Origin: Candidatus Aminicenantales bacterium
GTDB lineage: Bacteria > Acidobacteriota > Aminicenantia > Aminicenantales > Saccharicenantaceae
Length of the DNA stretch: 44,348 nucleotides
Assembly (NCBI GenBank): GCA_049512315.1
Contig: JBEKXF010000026.1
Location: 1-44,348 of the forward strand
Direction: 5' to 3'
The notes beneath the pieces are model-generated. The model had not been told where the DNA came from. It made no database searches and was given only the letters and a program-made list of their open reading frames with translations. Within the stretch, counting starts at the first letter, position 1. Each line of letters starts with the position of its first letter. The translations under genes and the position numbers were made by a program. Of this stretch, positions 1-8,899 are shown piece after piece.

Positions 1-65
1 GGCGAAGGGAATACAATCGCTTCAGGCCGCATAGCTCCTTAGGCTATAGGCCGCCGGCTCCGGAG

Positions 66-121
66 GCATATTTGGCTGGAAAATTCACTCAAGGGCTGGT
101 ACATTGATCGGGGGCGGGTCA
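66..121 (+). mobile_element. IS3/IS407-like terminal repeat (right end of recurrent miniature element), degenerate
   Basis: ctggaaaattcactcaagggctggtacattgatcgggggcgggtca resembles copies at 6808, 27413, 29298, 41773; reverse complement begins TGACCCGCCCCC, an IS3-family-like tip. Confidence 0.5.
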
Positions 122-374
122 CTCGCCCTTCTAGAAAAGATAAAGAAATGAGCCATCGCTGTGTGGAACAGGAGGGCCAACAAACATCAACTGTTCATTC
201 GTAAAAGCAGCGATGCGGGGCGAGACGAAGAGCGCTGGGGTTTTAAAAACAGCTGGTGACGAACTTCATCCGACGGCCCCCCGGCTCTGGTTAAGAATCA
301 CCCCATCCATTTTCAATCGAATCGCTACCATTCTGGACATGGGCTTTCCAGGGGTCGGACCTAAGAAGTCTGGG

Positions 375-458
375 AACGCCGAGCGCTCCGCCACCAAGCC
401 CCCCGCGACGCTGGACCGCCGCCTCGTCCACCCCAGGCCGGAGAAGAAGGAGGACTAG
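375..458 (+). pseudogene. Orphan 3' gene fragment NAERSATKPPATLDRRLVHPRPEKKED* (copy A)
   Basis: Homologous to fragments at 6720, 29240, 42643, 44173; upstream part of ORF 213-458 is unrelated to the other copies. Confidence 0.7.
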
Positions 459-472
459 CTCGGCCGGACTCC

Positions 473-498
473 AAGCCCCGCTGGTCAGGCGGGGCTTT
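473..498. terminator. Intrinsic terminator hairpin after the gene-tail fragment
   Basis: aagccccgc-tggtcag-gcggggcttt; similar hairpins at 6676 and 42598. Confidence 0.75.
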
Positions 499-509
499 CT
501 TGTCCTCTC

Positions 510-557
510 CCAGGTTTTTCCCATTATAACCTGGACCGATTTAAAGGAGGCAGGTCA
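510..557 (-). mobile_element. IS3/IS407-like terminal repeat (left end of miniature element)
   Basis: Reverse complement TGACCTGCCTCCTTTAAATCGGTCCAGG; related to 2166-2188, 42557 and 44090. Confidence 0.55.
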
Positions 558-704
558 CGTTTTAATAAAATCATCAATCAGCCGCCAGCGCCGCTGTGCT
601 TTTTCCGACATGCCCCTGATTACGAACCGAAACCGCGCAAATTACCGCTTGAGGAGCCACTAAGAAATCTTGCTAACTGAAAACAAAAGTGAGATAAGAA
701 GAAC

Positions 705-1445
705 ATGAGAAAAGAAACCCAACCGAATCCTTCTATTTTAAAGAAAAAACTGGATATCAAGCTTCCACTCATCGGATTCTATGATGCGCCTGACCCGACT
801 ATGTTCAAACCCCTTGTCACACCTAAAGAAAATGACTGTATCTTCTCATTCTACAAGAACTGGCTGGGGGGCGAGACTCTCTACAGCACCAGGGAAAGTT
901 ATGGCTGTGGCGGCGCAGGCAGCTGCTTTTGGAGAATCCAGGCCAGGTCGAGAAAAGAGTTCATCAAGTTCCTTGCTGACGATGAAGGTCTCAAGGTCTC
1001 GGGTAAGCTCATGGAGAGGTTCATCGATTCGACGACGTCCTACCGAGCTAAGAATGCCCACATTTTCATCGGCCCGCTCAAGAAGAAAGGTTGGCCATAC
1101 GTCAAGACAATCACTTTTCTTGCCAACCCTGATCAGCTAAGTGCTTTGATGATCGGCGCACAGTATCACAGCGCCCCGGCGGACCCGCCTCCCGTAATCG
1201 CTCCCTTTGGCTCAGGCTGTCGTGAGTTCATCCCTTTCAAGGACTTCAATATACCTCAAGCCTCGATCGGCACGACGGACATCGCTATGCGTCAATACTT
1301 GCCGCCAGACATACTCGCGTTCACGGTCACCAAGCCGATGTTCAGCCGACTCTGCAAGCTCGACGAAAGAAGTTTTCTCTACAAGCCTTTTCTGCGGCGG
1401 CTTAAGAAAGCCCGCGGCGCTATGCTCTTTCGCGATTCGGCGTAG
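705..1445 (+). CDS. DUF169 family protein
   Basis: 246 aa; CGGAG motif, NPDQLSAL, APFGSGC, IGTTDIAMR are typical of DUF169. Confidence 0.75.
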   Translation: MRKETQPNPSILKKKLDIKLPLIGFYDAPDPTMFKPLVTPKENDCIFSFYKNWLGGETLYSTRESYGCGGAGSCFWRIQARSRKEFIKFLADDEGLKVSGKLMERFIDSTTSYRAKNAHIFIGPLKKKGWPYVKTITFLANPDQLSALMIGAQYHSAPADPPPVIAPFGSGCREFIPFKDFNIPQASIGTTDIAMRQYLPPDILAFTVTKPMFSRLCKLDERSFLYKPFLRRLKKARGAMLFRDSA

Positions 1446-1741
1446 GGCTCGCCGCGGTAAACAGCTAGGCATATCGTCCTTGCCCCACTTTCCAGTTCTC
1501 CGGCTCTTGCCTCTTCCTTCCCCCTCATTTTCGCTCTTTCCTCCCCCTCACACCTCTCCAACTTGCCAAAGATGTTTTGAATTCACGTCTATAAATCAAT
1601 AATCAGCCGCCCGTGCCGCGTATCCTCGACGAATTGCTTTTGATCGTTACCAAATAAGCTAACGAAAACGGGAATGGATGTTAGCCACCATATTGCAATA
1701 ACTATTGATCTGGCGCAATATCAACACGGGAGGATAAACCT

Positions 1742-2056
1742 ATGGCATTCAAAACACTCTTTCTCGCCCACGCTCCGGACGCGGACAAAGAAAAACATCA
1801 CTGTTTTATCGACACCGGCAAATACCAGCTCGACGTGGTCATCGTCAAAAACCAGGCGGAAGCCTTAGAAGTCAGCACGCGCCTATTTAGAGAAAAAAAG
1901 ATCGAGTCCATCCTGCTTTGTCCGGGATTCAGTCACAAGGACATCGCCGAGATCGTTGCTGCCACTGAAAATAAGGTCGCCGTCTGTGTCTCCAGAGGCG
2001 ACGGCCCGGGCAACATGATCTCTCAGGAAGCCCTGAGGCGTGCCAGCTTCTTTTAG
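1742..2056 (+). CDS. Small hypothetical protein (DUF6506-like)
   Basis: 104 aa, RBS ggagga, ILLCPGF motif. Confidence 0.65.
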   Translation: MAFKTLFLAHAPDADKEKHHCFIDTGKYQLDVVIVKNQAEALEVSTRLFREKKIESILLCPGFSHKDIAEIVAATENKVAVCVSRGDGPGNMISQEALRRASFF

Positions 2057-2122
2057 ATCAATATCTCTAAGACCTGCTCGCGCCGCCGACGATAAGCTTC
2101 TCGGTTTTATACCGCAGCCGGT

Positions 2123-2188
2123 TAATCTCGTCCCCTAAATCCAGGTTTTTTCTTCATGGCTGTAACGATTTAAGGGAGAGGCAGGTCC
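2123..2188. repeat. Degenerate palindromic miniature-element remnant
   Basis: ctcgtcccctaaatc...gatttaagggagag inverted repeat ending ggcaggtc; matches 510-557. Confidence 0.45.
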
Positions 2189-2305
2189 TCAGCACCGGAG
2201 ACGTTTAGCCAGAAGATGAAGCGAAAGGTCGACCCTTTAACGGATCGCCCGATCGTACCCTGTGGACATCTTTGACGGGTAAGCCAAGATAGTGTACTGT
2301 CCACC

Positions 2306-3574
2306 GTGATGAGAGTATTGTTGATTTCGGCAAACACCGAGCGGCTAAATATGGCGACAATTCCGCTAGGGCTTGGGTTCGTCGCAGCAGCCACTAGGCG
2401 CGCCGGGCATGATGTCGCGTTCCTGGACCTGATGTCCCAGGAAGATCCTCGGGCCAGTTTGCACAGCCGAATCGCCGATTTCAATCCGGAGGTCATTGGC
2501 ATCTCGGTGCGCAATATCGACGACCAGAGCATGGAAAATCCCAAATTCTTGCTGGAGAAGGTCCGTCTTCCTGTCGAATGGTGCAGGGCGGCTTCGCGCT
2601 CTCCCATCATCCTGGGTGGCGCCGGCTATAGTATCTTCCCAGACGAAGCGCTCGAATACCTGGGCGCGGACATGGGAGTGCAAGGCGAAGGCGAGACGAC
2701 CTTCCCGGCGATTTTGGAGCGACTCGCCCATTCTGAAAATCCGGCAAGCTTGCCTGGCGTGCATATTCGTGGAGGCAAGGGCTGCCTGGAACAAATGTTC
2801 TGCACCGCCCTTGATACGTTGCCTTTGCCCGACGATGATGCCTGGGCTGAAGCAAACCCGGAAGAAGCAGACGTCTGGATACCGATCGAGAGCCGGCGAG
2901 GGTGCCATAATTTCTGCTCCTATTGCGCGACGTTCCGAATTCAAGGGCGCACGGTCCGCAGTCGCTCTCCCCGCCTGATTGCCCGCCACGTGGAGAAATT
3001 GGTTCACCAAGGGTTAAAACAGTTCTACTTTGTCGACAACTCATTCAATATCCCCGAAGCCCAGGGTCTTGAGATCTGCAATTCCCTTGCCGACCTGAAC
3101 CTGGACATTAAATGGAGAGCCATTCTATATCCCCACGGAGTGACCGAAACATTGGTCCGGGCCATGAAGCGCGCGGGCTGCTTTGAGGTTGCTCTGGGAT
3201 TCGAAAGTGGCTGTGAACGTATTCTCAAAGAGATGAACAAGCATTTCGTGCCCGACGATGTGCGTCTTGCGTCCAAGATGCTTGCAGACTATGGAATCCG
3301 CCGCATCGGATTTCTACTTTTCGGCGGGCCGGGCGAGACACACGAGTCGGTCCTCGAGAGCGTCTCTTTTGCCGATTCGCTCGACTTGGACGGGCTGCGG
3401 ACCACGGTGGGGATTCGTATATACCATGGGACGCAGCTTGCCGCGAGGGCGCTTGCGGAGGGAGCAATCAGCTCGGAGGAAGACCTGCTTACCCCTCATT
3501 TTTACCTGGCGCGCGAAGTGGATCCCTGGATTCGAGAGGTGGTAAAAGCCGGATTCCAATCAAACGACAGGTGA
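2306..3574 (+). CDS. B12-binding-domain radical SAM protein
   Basis: N-terminal PLGL/GISVRNID cobalamin-binding region; CxxxCxxC (CHNFCSYC); GFESG, GGPGET. Confidence 0.9.
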   Translation: MMRVLLISANTERLNMATIPLGLGFVAAATRRAGHDVAFLDLMSQEDPRASLHSRIADFNPEVIGISVRNIDDQSMENPKFLLEKVRLPVEWCRAASRSPIILGGAGYSIFPDEALEYLGADMGVQGEGETTFPAILERLAHSENPASLPGVHIRGGKGCLEQMFCTALDTLPLPDDDAWAEANPEEADVWIPIESRRGCHNFCSYCATFRIQGRTVRSRSPRLIARHVEKLVHQGLKQFYFVDNSFNIPEAQGLEICNSLADLNLDIKWRAILYPHGVTETLVRAMKRAGCFEVALGFESGCERILKEMNKHFVPDDVRLASKMLADYGIRRIGFLLFGGPGETHESVLESVSFADSLDLDGLRTTVGIRIYHGTQLAARALAEGAISSEEDLLTPHFYLAREVDPWIREVVKAGFQSNDR

Positions 3575-3605
3575 AAACCTAACCGAAGTCGGGACGGTCC
3601 AATTT

Positions 3606-3721
3606 TCCGTGTAGATCCCTTTTCGCGTTAAGACCGTCTTCATACTTGTCAATAGCCAACCGAACCTTCTTGGTTCATTTTAGCTATTCAAGGAGGTTTA
3701 CACCGTTTTCCTAACAGTCCC
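3606..3721 (-). mobile_element. IS256-family-like end remnant
   Basis: Reverse complement starts GGGACTGTTAGGAAAACGGTGTAAA; inverted homolog of 6475-6590. Confidence 0.6.
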
Positions 3722-4705
3722 GAATCCCAGCAGCCGCTCCGCATTGCCGTGGGCGATCCGCTCACGGTCGGCATCGCTCACCGGCAGCCCGTCCAGGAAT
3801 GCCCGGCCCTCGGCCATCGAAGCATAGGGGTAGTCTGTCGAAAACATGATCCGGTCGACGCCGGCCTGGAGCAGGAGACACAGGAACACCGGCATGTAAT
3901 TGAAGCCGCTGAATGTGTAAGCGATGTTTTCGCGGAGATATGCGCTGATAGGTCGCTCGAGCTTTGTCCTTGCCGGAGGGAAAATTCTGTCAAAGCGCTG
4001 CATCATGAAGGGCAATGTTTCTCCCAAGTGGCCGATCACAACCTGCAATTTCGGATAACGGTCAAACGCGCCGCCGAGGATGAGGCGGATGACGTGAACC
4101 GCGGTTTCGATATGCCAGCCCCAGCCGGCGCCGGCGAGCATGTCCGTCACCGTCGGATCGAACCCTTGGTACCAAGCGTCGATCACCGGTTGCGGGGGCT
4201 GCGTCGGATGAAGATAGATCGGGACCCCCAACCGCTCGGCGCACTCGAGGATCGGCCAGAAGAACTTGTCATCGAGGTATCGGCCCCGGATGTGGCCGTT
4301 GATGGCGGCTCCCTTAAAGCCGTGATTGCGGATCGCGTGTTCCAGTTCCTCCACGGCCTTGTCCGGAGCCGTGCTGGGCAGCGTCGCAAACCCGGCAAAG
4401 CGGTCCGGATGACGTTTCACAGCCTCCGCGAGGAAGTCATTCGTTTCACGGGCAACTACAATGGCTTCGGCGGGTTCGAGTTGTTCGGTCCCTGGGGAAT
4501 TGAGCGACAGCACCTGGACATCAATGCCGGCCGCGTCCATCTGCGCGATCCTCTTATCGCCGAGATCGACAAGCTGCTCGAAAACCTTGGCCATGGGACT
4601 CTCGGCCTTCCCGGCTTCCTCCGCGAGTCTCCGCCCTGGGCCCTTCAGAAAGGCTGGGCTCGCAAAATGTTCTTCAAGAGTTATCGTGCGCATGGCTTTC
4701 AACAT
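3698..4705 (-). CDS. Amidohydrolase_2 family (ACMSD/aromatic decarboxylase-like) protein
   Basis: ITLEEH, IYLHP, IGHLGE, FSTDYPY, HGNAERLL motifs. Confidence 0.9.
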   Translation of the reverse strand: MLKAMRTITLEEHFASPAFLKGPGRRLAEEAGKAESPMAKVFEQLVDLGDKRIAQMDAAGIDVQVLSLNSPGTEQLEPAEAIVVARETNDFLAEAVKRHPDRFAGFATLPSTAPDKAVEELEHAIRNHGFKGAAINGHIRGRYLDDKFFWPILECAERLGVPIYLHPTQPPQPVIDAWYQGFDPTVTDMLAGAGWGWHIETAVHVIRLILGGAFDRYPKLQVVIGHLGETLPFMMQRFDRIFPPARTKLERPISAYLRENIAYTFSGFNYMPVFLCLLLQAGVDRIMFSTDYPYASMAEGRAFLDGLPVSDADRERIAHGNAERLLGFGTVRKTV

Positions 4706-4764
4706 GCATTATACCATGGCCGGATCCGCTACCTTTGCCATCTATGGGAGTATAATAGACTGTC

Positions 4765-5760
4765 ATGAAAGCCGTTCAAGTTCATTTAAAAGGCGGCGAC
4801 CTCGTCCTTGTCGATCGGGAGATGCCCGAGCCAGAGACAGGAGAGGTCCTGATCAAAGTCCAGGCCTGCGGCGTTTGCCACGGCGATGCGGTCGCCAAAG
4901 AGGGAACGATGCCGGGCGTCACGTATCCCAGGATTCCGGGCCATGAGGTCATCGGGACAATCACCGGGCTTGGCACCCACGTGGACAACTGGAAAATCGG
5001 CCAGAGGGTTGGCGTCGGGTGGCACGGCGGGCATTGCTTCAAATGCCCCGCCTGTCGCGCCGGCAATTTCTGGGGCTGCGAAAACGGTCTCGTGACAGGC
5101 CTCTCGACGGACGGCGGCTACGCCGAGTATATGACGGCCCGCGAAGAGGCCCTGGTCTTCCTTCCCGACGGGCTCGACGCGAGGGGCGCCCCGCTCCTCT
5201 GTGCGGGGAACACGGTGCTCGGCGCCCTCAAGAGCAGCGGCGCGAAGGCCGGAGATGTCGTCGCCATCCACGGTATGGGAGGCTTGGGGCATCTCGCGGT
5301 GCAATTCGCCGCGAAGATGGGGTTCAAAACGGTGGCCATCTCCCGCGGCAGAGACAAGGAAGCACCGATCCGGACCCTCGGCGCGCACGAATATGTCGAC
5401 GCCAACGCGACGGATCCCGCGAAAGCGCTCGCGGCCATGGGCGGTGCGCGGGTGATCCTCTGCACGGCGCCGAGCGGCAAGGCCATCTCCGCGCTGCTTC
5501 CGGGGCTCAGCCGCGGCGGCGAATTCATCATCGTCGCGGCGCCGAACGATCCGCTGCAATTTCATCCAGGATTGCTCTTGGGCAGCGGCCGGTCGGTGAA
5601 GGGTTGGGCTGGGGGCAATGTGCCGGATGCGTTGCACTTCGCCATGCTAGCGAACGTCATGCCCGTGGTCGAGACGTTCCCGCTCGAAAGGGCCGGGGAA
5701 GCCTATCAGAAGATGATGAACGCGGAAGTGCGCTTCCGCGCGGTACTTACGATGGAATAG
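4765..5760 (+). CDS. Zn-dependent alcohol dehydrogenase (MDR family)
   Basis: CGVCHGD, PGHE, structural Zn cysteines, GMGGLG. Confidence 0.92.
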   Translation: MKAVQVHLKGGDLVLVDREMPEPETGEVLIKVQACGVCHGDAVAKEGTMPGVTYPRIPGHEVIGTITGLGTHVDNWKIGQRVGVGWHGGHCFKCPACRAGNFWGCENGLVTGLSTDGGYAEYMTAREEALVFLPDGLDARGAPLLCAGNTVLGALKSSGAKAGDVVAIHGMGGLGHLAVQFAAKMGFKTVAISRGRDKEAPIRTLGAHEYVDANATDPAKALAAMGGARVILCTAPSGKAISALLPGLSRGGEFIIVAAPNDPLQFHPGLLLGSGRSVKGWAGGNVPDALHFAMLANVMPVVETFPLERAGEAYQKMMNAEVRFRAVLTME

Positions 5761-5772
5761 GACCAAAAAACC

Positions 5773-6474
5773 ATGCCAGAACTTCTTCAGTTGATTCAAA
5801 AACGGCAATCGTCCCGGTTTCTCTTTGACCCGAGACGGAAAATACCCAAAAAGAATCTCCAAAAAATCCTTGAGGCGGCGCGTTGGGCGCCGACCGCGCA
5901 CAACATGCAGAACTTCGAAATCGTCGTCGTGGACGACAAGAAGCTGCTCAAGAAGATCAGCGAGCTGCGGAATCCGATCTCGCTTGACTTCGTCCGCGAG
6001 AATTACCGCCAGCTGTCGTTTTCGGAGGCGGAGCTACGCCGGAAGAAGGTCGGCGTGCTCGGCCTGATGTTCCCGGCGGCCTGGCGGAACCCGAAGGCCA
6101 CGGCGAAAGAGATCAGGAACGCCGGGCGCGGCTCCTTTCAGGAGCGCCAGATCGGCTCGAGCTCGGCCCTTTGCATCGTGCTCTACGATCCGAAGCGCCG
6201 CGCCCCGGCATCCGCCCATGACTTTCTCGGGGCGATCAGCTTGGGCTGCATGTTGGAGAACATGTGGCTCATGGCCCAGTCGCTCGGCATCGGATTCCAT
6301 GTCGTGAGCGCGCTCTCGGGGGGCGGAATGGAAAGGGAGATCAAGCGGATGCTCCATATTCCAAATCGGTTCCATATCGCCCTTTCGATCAGGCTCGGCT
6401 ATCTCACGGCGCCTGTGAAATACCTGAGGGTGCGTCGGGACGTAAAAGATTTTGCCCACTATAACGCTTATTGA
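5773..6474 (+). CDS. Nitroreductase family protein
   Basis: IQKRQSSR, LEAARWAPTAHNMQ, ENMWLMAQSLGIG. Confidence 0.9.
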   Translation: MPELLQLIQKRQSSRFLFDPRRKIPKKNLQKILEAARWAPTAHNMQNFEIVVVDDKKLLKKISELRNPISLDFVRENYRQLSFSEAELRRKKVGVLGLMFPAAWRNPKATAKEIRNAGRGSFQERQIGSSSALCIVLYDPKRRAPASAHDFLGAISLGCMLENMWLMAQSLGIGFHVVSALSGGGMEREIKRMLHIPNRFHIALSIRLGYLTAPVKYLRVRRDVKDFAHYNAY

Positions 6475-6590
6475 GGGAGTGTAGGGAAAACTGTCTAAAC
6501 CTCTTTGCATAGGTAAAATAAATCAAGGAGGTTCAGTCTATTCTTAACAAGTGTGAAAACATGCTCAAACGCGAAAAGGAGAGGCCCGGA
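6475..6590 (+). mobile_element. IS256-family-like end remnant
   Basis: GGGAGTGTAGGGAAAACTGTCTAAA starts immediately after the nitroreductase stop; inverted homolog of 3606-3721. Confidence 0.6.
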
Positions 6591-6616
6591 CCTGCTGGCC
6601 CTCTCCACACCTCTGC

Positions 6617-6854
6617 TGACCATTCTAGGGCCGAACTAAGTACTGTTATGGATCAGGGCCGGTTTGGCCTGGGATAAAAAAAGCCCCCCTGGTCAGGCGG
6701 GGCTTTTGGTCCGGTCGGCCTACTCCTCTTTCTGCTCCGGCCTCGGATGGATGAAGCGGCGGGCGAGCGTCACCGGGTGCTTGGCGGCCACCCGCTCGGC
6801 GTACTTGCTTGAAAATCTCACTTCAGGGGTGGCAAATTGAGCGCGGCCAGGCAA
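6617..6854 (+). mobile_element. Miniature element: degenerate left tip, terminator, reversed gene tail (copy B), right IS3-like end
   Basis: tgacc tip at 6617, hairpin 6676-6708, minus-strand SKYAERVAAKHPVTLARRFIHPRPEQKEE* at 6720-6809, then ttgaaaatctcacttcaggggtgg. Confidence 0.6.
6676..6708. terminator. Bidirectional intrinsic terminator
   Basis: aaaaaaagcccc...ggggctttt GC stem flanked by A and T tracts. Confidence 0.7.
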
Positions 6855-6876
6855 TTCCTCAGGCGAGGTGTGATAC

Positions 6877-8073
6877 ATGGATGCGAAGCGACTGCTTGAA
6901 GAGGCCACGGCGCACCAGGACTGGATGGTCGGCATCCGCCGCGAACTGCATCGGCATCCCGAGCTGATGTACGAAGAGGTCAGGACGAGTGCCCTGGTTC
7001 GCCGCGTGCTGGACGAACTCGGCATTCCATTTCAGTTTCCCGTCGCCGAGACCGGCGTGGTCGCCATCCTTGGCGACGGCCAGGGGCCGTGCGTGGCCCT
7101 GCGCGCCGACATGGACGCGCTGCCGATCGTCGAGGAAGCAGACATCGACTTCAGAAGCGAGGTGGATGGCCACATGCACGCGTGCGGGCATGACTGCAAC
7201 ACCGCCATGCTGCTTGGGGCCGCGCGCATGCTGAAGGCGCGCGAGCCCGAGATCCACGGTACCGTTAAGTTGCTCTTTCAGCCCGCCGAAGAAGGCGGCG
7301 CCGGCGGACTGCGCATGTGCGAGGAAGGCGCGCTCACCGCGCCGGCCGTGCAGCGAGCCTTCGGCCTGCACGTCTGGCCGCTTCTCCCGACTGGGCACGT
7401 AGGTTCGCGCGCTGGTGCGTTCCTCGCCTCGGCTGGCGTATTCGAGATCACGGTCGTCGGCACGGGCGGTCACGCGGCTATGGTCCACATGTTGGTCGAC
7501 CCTGTAACGGCGGCGGCGGCGATCGTGGGCGCGCTGCAGACGATCGTATCGCGGGAAATCGATCCGCTCGAGGCGGCCGTCGTCAGCGTGACGACCATCC
7601 ACGGCGGGGAAGCCTTCAATGTCATCCCGCCCCAGGTCCGGTTGGGGGGCACGATCCGCTCGCTCACGTCGAAGGGGCTGCATTTCCTGCAGAAGCGGCT
7701 GCGGGAGGTTGCGACGCACGTGGCCTCAGCGCACCGGTGCGAAGCGCGTGTCGAGTTCCCCGGGCACGATTACCCGGCAACAGTGAACGATGCCTCCAGC
7801 TGGCAGGCGGCGCGGGCGCTGGCCGCCGACATGCTGGGCGACGACGCCGTCCACGAGATGACGCCGATGATGGGCGGTGAGGACTTTGCCTACGTGCTCG
7901 AGCGCGTGCCCGGATGCTTCGTCATGCTCGGCGTTAGGAATGAGGCCGCGGGCGCCGTGTATGGCGTTCACCACCCGAAGTTCGTTGTGGACGAGCAGGC
8001 GTTACCCATTGGCGCGGCGCTCCACGTGGGCTTCGCCCTCCGGACGCTCGCCGACCTACGCGCCGCTTCCTAG
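6877..8073 (+). CDS. M20D family amidohydrolase (IAA-amino acid hydrolase/hippuricase-like)
   Basis: RRELHRHPEL, ALRADMDALP, MHACGHD, FQPAEE, GGEDF, VHHP. Confidence 0.93.
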   Translation: MDAKRLLEEATAHQDWMVGIRRELHRHPELMYEEVRTSALVRRVLDELGIPFQFPVAETGVVAILGDGQGPCVALRADMDALPIVEEADIDFRSEVDGHMHACGHDCNTAMLLGAARMLKAREPEIHGTVKLLFQPAEEGGAGGLRMCEEGALTAPAVQRAFGLHVWPLLPTGHVGSRAGAFLASAGVFEITVVGTGGHAAMVHMLVDPVTAAAAIVGALQTIVSREIDPLEAAVVSVTTIHGGEAFNVIPPQVRLGGTIRSLTSKGLHFLQKRLREVATHVASAHRCEARVEFPGHDYPATVNDASSWQAARALAADMLGDDAVHEMTPMMGGEDFAYVLERVPGCFVMLGVRNEAAGAVYGVHHPKFVVDEQALPIGAALHVGFALRTLADLRAAS

Positions 8074-8102
8074 GGCTTCGTAGAAGGATCTCGGCGCGGA
8101 AG

Positions 8103-8381
8103 CCATAGGCTATCAGAATCTTGGGGAGGGGGGCATTGTCTGGGGCGTATGGCATGGGAGCTTCTGGAATACGGCCACTAAATGGATTGACTTCGTAGTC
8201 CCACGGCGTTATAAGTTAGTCAGCAAGGGATTAGGGGAAGTCGAAGGTCAGCCTTTCCGCAAAATCTATCTTTGCCGTCCCCGCGTTTCTGCAGCACTTC
8301 GACAGGAGGGGATTTATGAAACGCATTGCTTTTGCGATCTGCGTCGTTGTCTTGATCTTCGGAATTGCCATCCTGGCCCAG
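8103..8381 (+). repeat. Repeated promoter + 5' leader + signal-peptide module (copy 1)
   Basis: Aligns with 32835-33113. Confidence 0.85.
8187..8215 (+). promoter_or_regulatory. Sigma70-type promoter
   Basis: TTGACT-17bp-TATAAG; conserved at 32920 and 38362. Confidence 0.75.
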
Positions 8382-8765
8382 CAGAAGAGCGGAGGTGCGG
8401 AACAGGAAATCATTAAGCTTGAGCAGCAGTGGGGCGATGCCCTGGTTAAGCGCGACGTGGTATTCCTTGACCGGATTTTGGCCGAAGACTACATGTTTAC
8501 AAGCCCCGAAGGTGAGGTTCTGACAAAGGCCCAAATGCTGGCGATGCTGAAGTCCGGCGAGGATGTCGTATCGTCCGCGGTGAATCACGATTTGAAGGTC
8601 CGGGTCTACGGAGATGCGGCGGTCGTGACCGGCTACAGCACTTACAAAGAGACGGTCAAGGGCAAGGATATCAGCGGCCAGTATCGGTGGACAGACACCT
8701 GGATCAAAAAGGCCGGCCGCTGGCAGTGCGTCGCCGACCATGCTTCAAAGTTAGCAGGGAAGTAG
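8316..8765 (+). CDS. Secreted NTF2-like/DUF4440 protein
   Basis: Signal peptide; LEQQWGDAL, VRVYGDAAVVTG, TDTWIKKAGRWQCVADH. Confidence 0.85.
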   Translation: MKRIAFAICVVVLIFGIAILAQQKSGGAEQEIIKLEQQWGDALVKRDVVFLDRILAEDYMFTSPEGEVLTKAQMLAMLKSGEDVVSSAVNHDLKVRVYGDAAVVTGYSTYKETVKGKDISGQYRWTDTWIKKAGRWQCVADHASKLAGK

Positions 8766-8899
8766 CGACGAGTGTCTGCCAGTATGGCAAACGATTTTGT
8801 AGCGGCTGGGGTTGGGGTCGTCCGGAGGGAGATCGCAACACAGCAGCTTCACATAAATCGGGTTGAGTTTAATCCTGTTTCACTCAAAGGAGGAAAAAA

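Noticed and set aside
375..458. guaA (GMP synthase) 3' end as the identity of the repeated tail (TKPPAT)
   Set aside because: Only copy A has KPPAT; the consensus is AKHP(A/V)TLD and lacks the terminal IEWE.
213..458. 81-aa ORF as a real gene
   Set aside because: Only the last 27 codons are shared with other copies; the rest looks like fortuitous read-in.
1480..1560. Pyrimidine-rich tract
   Set aside because: Single occurrence with no periodicity or structure I can support.
3749..4768. Long antisense or alternate-frame ORFs (also 4786-5637, 6859-7719, 12249-13040, 20790-21698 and similar)
   Set aside because: Shadow ORFs of GC-rich genes that have clear motifs on the other strand or frame.
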